A DNA stretch of 64,000 nt from Prasinococcaceae sp. CCMP 1430 (GCA_013416795.1 RQSC01001165.1:31555-95554); one strand, 5' to 3'; positions 9,084 to 20,602 are shown, counted from the stretch's first letter. The notes: generated from the sequence alone by a model not told the origin. Translations and numbers: made by a program.

Positions 9084-11369
9084 ATGGCGCATGCGGCCGG
9101 GGCATCGGCGGCTGTGCCAGCGGTGGGCAAGGCCGCCAAGCTCAAGGAGCTGCGCGTGCGTGACTGCAGGAGGCTGCATGCGCTTCAGCCGGTGCTCACC
9201 CTCGACGCGCTACGCGCGCCGAAGGAGAGGCGCTCAGCCACAGGGAGAGCTGCGCCGGCTCAGGCGTCAACCTCGTATCCGATGGCCCACGCGAACGCCG
9301 GCGGGGACGGCGACGGCGCCAGCGGCGCAGGCGACATGGAAGGCGTGGCGGGTATCGAGAGCGTGGCCCCGCTCGGCCCTGGCTACAGGCGCGCGCGAGA
9401 GGCTCTGGGCCGGTCCGATCCCGCGTTGCTCGCGAGGTTGGACAAGCGGGCGCTTGCGCTGCGACGAAAGTACGCACGGCGCCGCGGCATGCTCGACAAT
9501 CAGGGAGTGTTCTGCGCCGCAACCAACGCCATACGCGCCAATGCCATGCTCCGCGTGGAGATGCATCGCAGCCTCAGAAGCGCGGAGTTCTACGCGCCAA
9601 GGTCCGTGCATGGATCTGGTAGCCACTCGCAGCCAATCCACGGTGTAGGCGGGAGCTCACATGGCGCCGGCAAGAGCAGCGATGACGACGGCGACTCAAA
9701 CAGCGGCAGCACTGACGAGACGCCCGAAGCCATCTACAGACGCACGGTGCGCCGACGTCACGTGCCCCCGCCAGTGCGCAAAGTGCGGTGGACAAAGCGC
9801 GTCATGCAGATTCCAAAGTCGGTGATGGACGCGCGCGAAAGGGAGAAGATGGCGGCTGTGAAGGCCAAGGTCGGGCGATACCGCCAGGCGATCAGCAAGT
9901 GCCGCGCTGGCGTGCTCGAGTCAACGGGACTGTCACCACCACGAGTTGACGGCACCGCCGTGGCTGACGGCGCGGCCGGCCCTCGCGGCGCCGGTTTTGT
10001 GGGCACATCCGCACACTCGACACTCGGCGTGAAAACGGAGCGTCAGCGCATGGGTCAGAACTGCGCTGAGGCGGCGTGTGGCAGGGGCATGGAGAGCGGC
10101 CTGAGCGCGTCGGCTTTGGTGGCCAGGGCGCTCGAGCGTGCGGAGGCAGCCAACGACCACGTGGATGAGACGCAAGCATGGGGTCGCCAGCGAGCGGCGG
10201 CCGAGGCCGAGCTTGTTGCAAAGAAGGCAGTAGACACGCAGGCACGCGCACGCGCGCGCACGCACGCACACACCGCACTCGCCGGCGCGACTTCACCGAA
10301 CAGAGCCGAGGCGAGAAAGGATGCGTCGAACACGGGCGGAGGTGCCAACGCGAGTTACTCTGTGCGCTCACGGCGCGGCGAGGAGGGTCACCTTCCTGAG
10401 GAGGACGATGCGGGCGCTCGGGCGGCTGCCGAGAAGCTCAAACGCCTGGCAGCGGAGACACGCGCGGCCACGACGACCGCCGAGCAACGCCGGGAGATTG
10501 CGAGCCAAGAGGAGCGGCGGGAGGCCGGCCACGGCAAGGCGACGGAGACCGCTGGCGACGCGCGCGACGGTGCTATCGCTCGCGAGGCGCCCACCGCAGG
10601 CGATGGTGCTGAGGGTGCCAAAGCGGACCGGCGCCTCGACACACCGCTGCTTCGGAAGCAAGGAGAAAGCGCGCCCTCACTGGCGCTTGTCGACGCGATG
10701 GCCGGCGAGTTACCGCCACTGCCCGAGGCGGCGGCGAGCTCGACGAGCGCGTGGCTGCAAGCGCGCCTGGATCGCCTCTTCGAGGTGCTCAGATTCTCGT
10801 CATTGCAGCAGATGGAGTACGTGATCAAATACACAGGCCGCAACATGAGAAGCGGCGCCGCCCTGGATGCCGCTCTGGAGCTTTGGGAGGCAGCTGCCGC
10901 GGCGGTCTCAGCGCGCGAGGGGAAGCTCCGAGGGCTCGTTTCGTTTATTGAGGAGTTGCAGCGCGACCCACACTCATTGGAGCGTGGTAGTGCGCTGGTA
11001 GTCGAGCAGCACGGCGATATGACCGCCGAGATACATACGCTCACCGGGCGCTGTCTCGCGCTCAGCGAGCAGCTCACCCACCTCTTTGATGACACCCTCA
11101 CCTTCGACGGCAAGCCGTACGCGGACAAAATCCTAGCCGAGGATGACCTCATGACTGTGGACACAAATGGCGCCAGCGACGACGGCGCTGAGGCGGCGCA
11201 CGCGCGCGACATCGAAACGAAGGCGGTCATAGACGGCATCAGTCGCACTGGTGCGGCCGGCGGCGTGTCCCGCTCAGCGCTCGACGACGACGACGACGAT
11301 GACCCTCTGACCGCCGAGGAGCAGGAACGCCTCGAGGGGCTTCTGCGCGATGCCGAAGCCCCGATCTAG
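9084..11369 (+). CDS. Large low-complexity protein with C-terminal CCDC87/MAP65-like helical domain
   Basis: Single long ORF; WLQARLDRLFEVL...YVIKY...LELWEAA...REGKL...DP resembles the CCDC87 C-terminus. Confidence 0.7.
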   Translation: MAHAAGASAAVPAVGKAAKLKELRVRDCRRLHALQPVLTLDALRAPKERRSATGRAAPAQASTSYPMAHANAGGDGDGASGAGDMEGVAGIESVAPLGPGYRRAREALGRSDPALLARLDKRALALRRKYARRRGMLDNQGVFCAATNAIRANAMLRVEMHRSLRSAEFYAPRSVHGSGSHSQPIHGVGGSSHGAGKSSDDDGDSNSGSTDETPEAIYRRTVRRRHVPPPVRKVRWTKRVMQIPKSVMDAREREKMAAVKAKVGRYRQAISKCRAGVLESTGLSPPRVDGTAVADGAAGPRGAGFVGTSAHSTLGVKTERQRMGQNCAEAACGRGMESGLSASALVARALERAEAANDHVDETQAWGRQRAAAEAELVAKKAVDTQARARARTHAHTALAGATSPNRAEARKDASNTGGGANASYSVRSRRGEEGHLPEEDDAGARAAAEKLKRLAAETRAATTTAEQRREIASQEERREAGHGKATETAGDARDGAIAREAPTAGDGAEGAKADRRLDTPLLRKQGESAPSLALVDAMAGELPPLPEAAASSTSAWLQARLDRLFEVLRFSSLQQMEYVIKYTGRNMRSGAALDAALELWEAAAAAVSAREGKLRGLVSFIEELQRDPHSLERGSALVVEQHGDMTAEIHTLTGRCLALSEQLTHLFDDTLTFDGKPYADKILAEDDLMTVDTNGASDDGAEAAHARDIETKAVIDGISRTGAAGGVSRSALDDDDDDDPLTAEEQERLEGLLRDAEAPI

Positions 11370-11490
11370 CTGCGGCGAGGAGCATGCCGCGGCGCATAGA
11401 ACGCCAGGACTCGACCCTGCCTATCCTTACTGCTCGCCGGCTCGCCCGTCACGCACCGCCGCGGGGAAGACGCAAATGATGTCGTTATTG

Positions 11491-12470
11491 TCACAAATCG
11501 GGCGGCGTCGTCTCGCTGCCGCCGACGAGCGCGAAGCGCCCCTTGTCGGCTCCGAAGACGTGGTCGTCGCGCGGCCACGGCCAGCCGCCGAAACCTGTCT
11601 CTCGGTAGTCGGAGAATGCCGCCACGATGTCCTCGCGGGTATTGCCCACGAAAGGCCCGTGCTGGACCACTGGCTCGCCAATCGGCGCGCCCTGAAGCAC
11701 CAGCACGTGCACGGGGTCGTCGCCCTCGGCGATGAGTGTCACCTCTTGGCCTGCGTCGAGGTCTGCCAGATACTTGCCCGGAACCTTCTCGTCGCCGCCG
11801 GTAGTGGCCACGCGCGCCGCAGAGCCCTCCACGACGTACATGCGTCGATTGACGGTGCTCGTCGATGCCGGGGGGAGCGCCACCTTGCCTCCCGGCTCCA
11901 TCTCCACGAACCACACTGCGACCTCAGCGTCTGCGCTGGAGGCGTAGCTGCGCGGCGGGGGGGCGAGCGGCGCGGTGCCATGAAAGGTGCCCGCGAACAC
12001 CGTCGTCGAGGCGAGGCCGTCAGCAGTGCGCACCTTGGGCACCTCGGGAGCCCAGTGCATCACGAAGGCGGGCTTTGCCATTTTGTCCTTGCGCGGAAGG
12101 TTGAGCCACAGCTGGAAGAAGCGCAAGGGGTTTGGCGCGCTCTGCTTGACGAGTGGAAACATCTCGGCGTGCACGACGCCCGCTCCCGCGGTCATCCACT
12201 GGAGGTCGCCGTCGCCGTAGCGCCCGCCGTTGCCCTCGCTGTCGGTGTGGTCGATCAGTCCTTCCATCGTCGCCGTGATGGTCTCAAACCCGCGGTGCGG
12301 GTGCTGAGGGAAGCCTGGCACGCGACTGCCATGGTACATGCGGTAGGGCGCCGCCGGGTCGAAGTCCTGGCCGTTGCCCCGCCGCGGCGCCTGCAGCTTC
12401 GCGTCGCCGGCAGGGTAGTTGTCCTTGTGGTAGACGCAGAACAGGAAGGGGTCGGGGGTGTCCATGGGAC
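11491..12470 (-). CDS. Pirin-family bicupin protein (exact start uncertain)
   Basis: DPFLFCVYH, PGFPQHPHRGFETIT, QWMTAGAGVVHAEM, FQLWLNLP, GEPVVQHGPFV. Confidence 0.92.
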
Positions 12471-12730
12471 CGTGCCCTTGCGGCCTCACCCCGCGGACGC
12501 GCGGCGGCGCGCGCCACTCAGCCTACACCGACGATCGCACCGCGCGCGCCGTGCGCATCGTGTGGCGCCGGCGGCGCCGCCGCGCGCGCGAGCGAGCGCC
12601 TCAGGCGAGTGATACGTGTTGGGGTTTGGGAATCTCCCGTGCATTGTGACGTGTTACGACTTCTTCCCCAGTACAATGCACACGTGCACCGTGTCCTGCG
12701 CGGCCGCGCAGAAGGGCTGCTCGGCTCCTG

Positions 12731-14313
12731 CTACGCCTTTGAGTACGGCGGGACCTCGCCGGCGCGGAGCATGCGGACGAAGCGCCGATAGTCAGCCTCC
12801 CTGTTGGGCAGCGGCTTCTCGTTGGCGTCGTAGCCCGACGTGTCCTTGGCGCCACACCGCGCGCAGCGCCCCCCCCCAGTCGGTGCCGACCCACCACGCC
12901 TGGCCGCACCGCAAGCACGGGTACTTCGCGTAGAAGTCGGCCTTGCCCGCCCGGAAGCGGCGCGTAGCAGTCTTCCACTCGGCCTGCGGGGGCGGCGAGA
13001 AGTCCTCGCCCGTGCCATCCGCCCCGCGCCCCTCGCTGGCAGCGCTGTCCTGGCTGCCGCCGTCCGCGCCGCTGCTAACGCCCGCCCCTTCAATCGCGCT
13101 GCAGAACAGGCGTATTGCATCGGGCCCCACGTGGGAGTCTGACAACTTCATGCCGCGGTACGTATGCGCCTGCGGCGTGCGTTTGACGCCCAGCGCGGCC
13201 GCGAGGCGCCCGTTAGCCTCGACTTCGGACGCGTCTTGCGTCTCTGCCGATGGCAGGTCGATCATGGCCACGTAGTACGGATCGGCCGAAGCTGCCACGG
13301 CCGACACCAGCCGTTCGAGCACATCCTCGTTGCTCTCAGCGACCGTGCCTTCGCCCTGGTCGTCTTCGTCGCCCTCCTCAGTCACCCACAGGACGATCAC
13401 CGGCGCGTCTGCCTCGCGCAGCACCGCCTTCAAATTGGCGGCGCCCTCTGTGATGTAGATGACGCCGTCGAGCTCGCCGCCCTCGTCGCCGCCCTCGCCG
13501 TCGCTGTCCGCCACGCCGCCGTCGTCGCGGACCTCGTCGGTCCCAGCAGCGTCGGCGGATACGGCATCGGTGCGAGGCAGCCCATTGATGGCTGCCGCGA
13601 TGGCCGCCTCGTCCGCGCGTGACACCGTTTGTCCACACCCGAGTGCCTCCTCGACGTCCTCCATGGCTGGGAAGAGCGTCACGAGGGGGAACGCCATCGC
13701 TGGGCGCAGCACAAGCCGGGAGCGGTTGGCCAGCGAGGGGCGCAGCACATGCGCGAGCGCCAGCGCCATGGAGGCGTCCGAGGCTGAGACGTCGACCAAC
13801 GCGCAGCGCACGGACGGCGCGGCGACTGCGAGCGCCGACAGGCGATCAGCGCCCGCAACGCTCGCCGCGTTCCAACTGGCACGCCAGTACACGAGCACCC
13901 CGCGCCGCCGCTCAGCGTGCGCCATCGCCAGCAGCTCCCGCAGCGAGGACACGCCGTCCTCCAGCACCGACACGGGCGCTGGTGACAGGCGCTGAGAGTG
14001 CGCGACGGGCGATTCCCTCACGGCTGCCTCCCCGCCCGCGCCGGCCCCGTAGCCATCGAGCGACTCGTCGTCGAAGTCGTCGGTGTCGTAGTCGTCCCCG
14101 TCCCCATCCTCATCGGCGGGGGGCGCAGCATCGCCGGCACCGCTACCCAGCGAGAGCGCAGCGACAGCCGGAGCGACGGCGTCGCCGCCGGTCGCGGCCG
14201 CGGGCTCGGGCGCACGCTCGGGCGCCGCGGCTTGGGGGGTTGAAGCCTGAGCAGTCGAGCCGCCGGAGACCAGCGCGGCCGCGGCGTCGGCGGCCTTTGC
14301 GGCGCGATCGGAA
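12731..14313 (-). CDS. Protein with two redox-inactive thioredoxin-like folds and a C-terminal CxxC...CxxC domain; 5' end in gap; probable homopolymer frameshift at 12869-12877
   Basis: VLVYWRASW...ALVDV and VIVLWV...AMIDL...LGVKRTP Trx-like patterns; CLRCG...RCARCG joined if the G9 run is read as G8. Confidence 0.7.
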
Positions 14314-14592
14314 NNNNNNNNNNNNNNNNNNNNNNNNNNNNNNNNNNNNNNNNNNNNNNNNNNNNNNNNNNNNNNNNNNNNNNNNNNNNNNNNNNNNNNN
14401 NNNNNNNNNNNNNNNNNNNNNNNNNNNNNNNNNNNNNNNNNNNNNNNNNNNNNNNNNNNNNNNNNNNNNNNNNNNNNNNNNNNNNNNNNNNNNNNNNNNN
14501 NNNNNNNNNNNNNNNNNNNNNNNNNNNNNNNNNNNNNNNNNNNNNNNNNNNNNNNNNNNNNNNNNNNNNNNNNNNNNNNNNNNNNNNNNNNN
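14314..14592. other. Assembly gap (N run)
   Basis: N run. Confidence 1.
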
Positions 14593-14604
14593 CCGCCGTG
14601 GCTC

Positions 14605-14655
14605 GCTCGGGGGACGCGCCGCGCTCGGGGAACGCGCCGCGCTCGGGGAACGCGG
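14605..14655. repeat. 18-bp GC-rich minisatellite (ACGCGCCGCGCTCGGGGA), about 2.5 copies beside the gap
   Basis: Direct reading of tandem units at 14614 and 14632. Confidence 0.8.
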
Positions 14656-14807
14656 CCGCGGCACACGCACACAAAAGAAAAAGAATAAAAAGAAAAAAGA
14701 AAAAGAAAAAGAAATACGTATGAAAAATGAAAAAGAAAAAAGAAAAAAGGATGAGAATGAGAGACGCAGCGGCAGCCGCCGCGCGCGCCTCCGCAGCCGC
14801 CGCCGCG

Positions 14808-15039
14808 AGACAAAACAAAAAAAATTCGAAATCGATCGTTGGAGAACGTCATCACAATGCGCGTGTCAAAAGGCATTTGATTTTTTTGAGACTGACTTTG
14901 GTCTGTCTTTTGGTCGCCCGTGGGTAAAGACAAAAAAATCGAAATCGGTCGTTGGAGAAGCTTGTCACGACGCGCGTGTCAAACGGCATTTGATTTTTTT
15001 GAGACTGACTTTGGTCTGTCTTTTGGTCGCCCGTGGGTA
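14808..15039. repeat. Tandem duplication of a ~115-bp AT-rich unit
   Basis: Units 14808-14926 and 14928-15039 share the 3' half (GGCATTTGATTTTTTTGAGACTGACTTTGGTCTGTCTTTTGGTCGCCCGTGGGTA) and diverge at the 5' end. Confidence 0.9.
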
Positions 15040-15365
15040 GTGTGTGCCTGCCTGTCGCGGTCGTCGTCGCCGTGTGCTTGCGTGCGGTCGTCGAAGAGCG
15101 CGCGGGCGTGGCGGGGCGGCTCGCGCGCGCGCGAGGTGGAGGTCGGCGGTAGGGGCGAGCGCGGCGCGTGGGCTTGCGGCGCGCGCAGGCGCGTGGCAGG
15201 AGAGCTCGCGCTCGGTGGCGGCGGCACCTGCTCTGCGCCGCCGAGCGCGGACGGCGTGAGCAGAACGGTGGCACAAAAGAAGAATACGTACGTACAACAG
15301 AGAGAGAGGGAACTCGTGCGGGTGCGCGCAAGCGCGGCCAGGCGGGCGGGCGGGCGTGTCGCGGC

Positions 15366-16110
15366 TCACTGGACCGCGATGGTCGCTCGCCACATCAGCC
15401 TCTCCCCAACGAAGCTGGTGGCAGCGTGCATCGTACAGCGGTTGTCCCACACGACCAAGTCGCCCGGCTCCCACTTGTGGACCGTGACGAACTCGGCGCG
15501 CGTGGCGTGCGCCGCGAGCTCGAACGCCAGCGCGCGGCCGCTCGCGCCCTCGCCCTCGCGGGCGCCCTCAGCGTCATCCACAGTCGCCAGCGGGTTGAGG
15601 TACAGCGCCGGCCGGCCTGCGAAGCCGTCTTCGCGCACGAGCGGCCGCGTGACAGCGAGCCTGCGCGGCGCCGGCGCGCGCTCGTGCTGGCGCCCCTGTG
15701 CGACGTCCCCGCCCCACTGGCGCAGCTGCCTTGCAAGCGGCTCCAGCGAGTGCGTGACGTGCGTGGCGGCCAGACCGCGCCTGCGCTCGGCTGGCAGCGC
15801 CGCGAGCGCCTCGGCGGTGCCCGCGAAGAGCGTCTCGCCGCCGACGGTCGGTGCGAGCACGCAGTAGAGCGCGGAGAGCGCCGGCGCGTCGCTGCGGAAG
15901 GACTGGTCGGTGTGCCATGCCGGGGTGCCGTCTCGTGGGTCGAAGGCCATATTCCCGGTGCTGCAGCGCGGCGCGCGCGCGGACGGTGCCAGGCTGAACT
16001 CGTGCAGCTCAGGCACGCCCTCCACCGCGCGCTCGAACGCACAGTCCACCGGCTCCACCTCCACACGCCCAAGCGCCTCGCACGCGCGCACGACCGCACG
16101 CGCTGCCGCG
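15366..16110 (-). CDS. TauD/TfdA-family Fe(II)/2-oxoglutarate dioxygenase, 5'-truncated
   Basis: WHTDQS (HxD), GGETLFA, HKWEPGDLVVWDNRCTMHAA, RLMWR. Confidence 0.9.
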
Positions 16111-16114
16111 CGCG

Positions 16115-16551
16115 CCCGAGGGACCGCAGATGCCTTCGAGTGGTGGCGATTATGGCCTGGAGGGCTTTGAGGGGCCGGCAGTACCCGCAGACGCAGGTCA
16201 CTATGGCTTGCCGGGGATGGAGGACGCGGCCGGACCGCAGATGCCGAGCGGCGATGGCGGCGACTATGGTCTGCCCGGGATGGAAGACGCGGCCGGGCCG
16301 CACATGTCCGCGCCCGAGCTCGCGCCCGCGCCCGAGCCTGCGCCCGCACCCAAGGCCGCGTACTTCGAGGGCCTGTCAGCCAAAACCGACGCCAATGCAC
16401 GGCATGCCAAGGCCGAAGAGGCGGAGCAGAGGGAGCGGGACCGCGCCGCCGCGAAGGCAGCGCCCGCAGCTCTCGCGGCGGCGTCTGCGCCGGCCGCGCA
16501 GAAGGTGCGAAAGGCGCCCAAGGGCGACATGGCCTTCGGCGCGTTCGACGC
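16115..16551 (+). CDS. Fragment of a repeat-containing protein (YGLPGMEDAAGPxM units)
   Basis: In-frame ~21-aa repeats with synonymous differences; begins mid-repeat, ends at single N 16552. Confidence 0.6.
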
Positions 16552-16926
16552 NCGCCCGCGCCCGCGCCGCGCGGCGCCCCCCCCCCCCCTCGGGGGGAGG
16601 AGGGGCTCAATGCGCGCGCGCGCGGCCGTTTTTTTTGTGTGTTTTGCCACGCGCTCGTGTCCATCTGAGTCTTCATCGAACCCTATCAAAGTACGTCGTA
16701 TTGTTTTAAAATCAAATGTACTGTACGATCAGACTAACCTCAAATATCGCATGGCTTGAAACCTAAACCATGCACACTGTACAATATGGTTTCGCGTGAG
16801 TGGTACTGCACTACAGGTACAGTCACGTGCAGTTTGATAAAGAGAGCTGTGCCCGCGTTGGCGCGGCCGCCGTGTCGCGCGCGCCACACCGCACGCGACA
16901 CGGCGGGCAGCGGCGGGGCGGTGAGC

Positions 16927-17786
16927 TGCGGACGACGCCAGCGGCGCGCGCTTCGTGCTCGACATGGGGGAGGTGCGCGGCGGCCGCGGCGGCGGCCGCG
17001 GCGGCACGCGACGCCATCGCACGTGCGCAAGGGCGCGTCCGATGTGGCGCTGACATGCCTCCCTCCTTCGCGATCCACACCCCCCTCCTCAACACACACA
17101 CACACACTCACACTGTCTCGCGCGCGTGCTGTCCAGTGCGGTGTGCCGGCCGACTCGGCGTCGGCCGCCGTGCCGACGGCGTGCGTCTTCCTGTCAGACG
17201 CGTCGACGCTCCCCGCGGGCTCCGACCTCGCGCTGTCGCTCTACGTGCAGAGCCCCGGAACGGAGTGGGAGTGGCGCGGCGCGGTCACCGCCGATGCGCC
17301 CAGCAAGCTCATACAGCTGCGCTGGCCGCCAGCCGACTGGACTCGCGCGCCCCAGGGTGCGTGCGCGGCCGCGCGGTGGCCCGCACTCGCGACCGCCCCG
17401 CCGCGACCGCGCTGGCGCACGATGGCGCCCTCGCGACACCCGCGCGCCTGCGCCTGTGCTCACTACCCCGCCCTCCCAACTACCCGCGTGCTGCGCCCGT
17501 CCGCGCGCTCGCAGGCACGTCGTGCAAGCTCGGCCTGACGCTGGAGCCGCGCGGCAGCGGGCCCGACGCGCAGGCCTCCGCCGCGGGCGCCGACGCGCGC
17601 GAGGCAGCGCGCCAGGCCGGCCAAGTACAGTTCGCCCGCCAGGTGGGCATCGACCTGCTGCGCTACGTGTCGAGCTTCATGGGCGACGGCGCGCAGGTCG
17701 GCGCGCTGCTCGAGCGCTGGTGGGCGCGGTTCGAGACGAAGTACCAGCGCGACCCGCACTTCCTCGCCAGCCAGTCGCTCGACTGA
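16927..17786 (+). CDS. HIKESHI: Hikeshi/OPI10-like (DUF775) protein; exons ~16927-16972, 17137-17356, 17515-17786; start not resolved
   Basis: RFVLDM, CVFL...LSLYVQSPGTEWEWRGAV...PS...LRWP, KLGLTLEP, ERWWARFETKYQRDPHF; phase-consistent GTGCG/CAG introns. Confidence 0.85.
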
Positions 17787-17924
17787 CGGGCGGCGCCGCG
17801 CCCCCGACGCAGGGTGCTGCGCGGCTACTCCCACGTGCGTGCGCGTCGGCGATATGTATTATTGTGTGTACACCGACCGGCACCGCCCCGATCGCGCCGC
17901 GTCGGCGCGGCCGGCGCCCCGCGG

Positions 17925-20602
17925 TCACGCGCCCTCCCGCCAGGTGGCGCCCAGCTGCGTCGCCAGGAAGGCGAGCACGTCGGCGGCCTCCTCGATCTTC
18001 TTGGCGGTGGGTTTGCCCGATCCGTGGCCCGCACGCTCCTCGACGCGGATGACGATCGGCGCGCGCTGCGCCGAGCCGCGCGCGCGGCACACGCGCTCCT
18101 GCAGCGTGGCGATGTGCTTGAGGCTGTGCAGCGGCACCACGCGGTCGTCGTGGTCGGCGGTGAGCAGCAGCATGGACGGGTACTGCCGCCCCTTGGCGAG
18201 CGGCCCCTCGCCGGCGCGCGGCACGTTGTGCAGCGGCGAGTACGCGCGCAGGTACTCGAACTGGTCGGCCTCGTCCGCGCAGCCGAAGTCGGTGCACCAC
18301 GCGTGGCCAATGGTGAACTTGTGGAATCGCAGCATGTCCTGTTTGCGGCGGGTGCGGGTGCAAGGCGTCAGCGAAGCAGCGCGCGGGCGGGCGGTGAGCA
18401 GCGGCATGGGCGGCGCCGGCGAGCGCGCCGCACCATCACGCCGACCGCCGCGATGCCCGCGGCGACCAGGTCCGGCCGCTGGTTGCACGTGGCGCCCACC
18501 AGCAGCCCGCCGTTGGAGCCGCCCTCCACGGCGAGCCTCTCCGGCGAGGTGATGCCGCTGTCGATCAGGTGCTGCGCGCACGCCGCGAAGTCGTCGAAGA
18601 CGTTCTGCTTGCGCTCGTAGGTGCCCGCGCGGTGCCACTCCTCGCCATACTCGCCGCCGCCGCGCAGGTTGGCCACCGCCAGCACGCCGCCCAGGCGCGC
18701 GCACCACACGAGCCGCTTGACGCTGAAGTCGGGCGTCAGGCTGATGTTGAAGCCGCCGTAGCCGTACAGCAGCGTCGGGTTGGTGCCGTCGCGCTGCAGC
18801 CCCTTGGGGTACACCAGGAACATGGGCACGCGCGTGCCGTCCTTGCTGGTGACGAACACCTGCTCGGTGGTGAAGGCGTCCAGGTCGAAGCCCGCGAGCT
18901 CGGTGCGCCGCAGCACGGAGCATCGTTGGGTGTTGTCGGGTTGGGCGGGGCCCGACTCCTGAGGCGCCCCTACCGCCGCCGCGTCCTCGGCTTCTCCGCC
19001 GTACGCTGCGGCGTCGCACTCGAACGTCACGCCCGGCTCCAGGAAGGACGTGAGCTTGATGTAGAAGGTCGACGACGTGTGCGAGCCCGAGAAGGAGTAC
19101 ACGCTGCCCACGGGTAGCGGCACGGTGCCCAGCAGCGCGCCCGAGCCGTGCGCGCGCACCTCGACCACGTTGACCACGTCGCGCAGGTAGCACACCACCA
19201 GGCGGTCGCCCGCGAGCGCGTCGGCCCACTCGAGCACGTCCTCGGCCTCGGGCACCAGGACGTCCCACGAGCGCTCCACCGAGTCCAGCGGCCGGCCCTG
19301 CTGCCCCCCGCGCGCGCAGCACTCCGCCAGGTCGGCGCGCACGAGCTTGTACTTGGGCGCGTCGAGGTTGGTGCGCAGCGTGACGCTGCCGTCGGCCTGC
19401 GAGCCGACGTACTCCCACGCCGCGTCGAAGTTGTCCACGACCCTCACCACGCGCCCCATGAAGTCGTCCTGCACGCGATGGTCGCACGCGCCGAGGTCGA
19501 CGCAGTACAGCCGGTTGACCGGGTCGCAGCCGTCGGCCACCGTGAGAATGACGAAGCGCCCGTCGGTGGAGACGCTCGCGCCCACCATCCACGTGGGATT
19601 GGACGGCGCCTCGAAGCAGAGGATGTCCTGCGACTGCGGCGTGCCCATGACGTGGTAGTAGAGCTGCTGGTTGACGTTCGAGTCCGTCTCGGTGCCCAGC
19701 TCGCCCCCCTCCCTGGACGAGGGCGGCGCGTAGCGGTTGTAGAAGAAGCCGCGGCCGTCGTGCGTCCACGCGAGGCTCGTGAACTTGACGTTGCGCAGCT
19801 CGTCGGGCAGGTGCTCGGGCTCGGAGCCGTCGGGTTGGACTTTGAGCACCTTGACGGTCACCCAGTCGGAGCCGCCGCTGGCGAGCGAGTACGCCATCAT
19901 CGCGCCGTCCTCGGAGAACGCGTAGCTCGAGAGCGCCACCGTGCCGTCCGAGGAGAGCTCGTTGGGATCGAGCAGCACGCTCCTGGCGTCTTGCCCGGCG
20001 GGGTCGGGGGACGTGTACATCACCGACTGCGGCTGCAGGCCCGAGTTGCGCATGAAGTGGTAGCGGTGGTGCTTTTTTCTGTCTGAGGACGATCCGGCCG
20101 CGCGCGCGCTCGTGCCGTGCAGGTAGGGCACGCCCACCTTCTCGTAGTTGGTGAGGCGCGTCATCTCGGCGGCGACGGCGCCCTGCACGCCGCCGCACGC
20201 CGCGAGCACGTGCTCGGTGAGCGCGTTCTGCGCGCGCACGAACGCGACCGTCTCGTCGGCGTCCGGGTCCTCCAGCCAGCGGTATGGGTCCGCCACGCGC
20301 GTGCCGTGGTAGTCGTCGCCGGCGGCCTCGTCGCGGCGCACGGGCGGGTAGTCGGAGGGCTTGAGCGTGCAGGGGGTCGTGGGGACGGACACTGACTTCG
20401 CGCTTGTGGATGCCTCGTGACTACTTGCCGACGCCTGCGCGCGCGCCCTGGAGCCGCCCGCGCCCACGGCGAGCCCCCGCCTCTGCCGCGCGCGCCACAG
20501 CAGCGCGAGCGAGAGGCCCGCGCCGGCCGCGAGCGACAGGGGGCTGCTGCCGTTGCTCGGAGAGGCGGCGGGGAGGCGGGGTGGCGCTCTCGAGGGCGGC
20601 AT
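17925..20602 (-). CDS. PREP: Prolyl oligopeptidase (S9A); exons 20602-18434, 18338-17925
   Basis: [36 protein letters not shown] (Ser), [10 protein letters not shown] (Asp), AGHG (His). Confidence 0.97.

Noticed and set aside
12869-12877. Programmed frameshift
   Set aside because: A G9 homopolymer error explains it; no slippery heptamer plus structure evident
14808-15039. Tandem box C/D snoRNAs
   Set aside because: The GTGATGA on the minus strand of unit 1 is not conserved in unit 2
11491-16110. Bacterial HGT island (pirin, TauD)
   Set aside because: Both families occur widely in eukaryotes, and base composition matches neighbours; phylogeny would be needed
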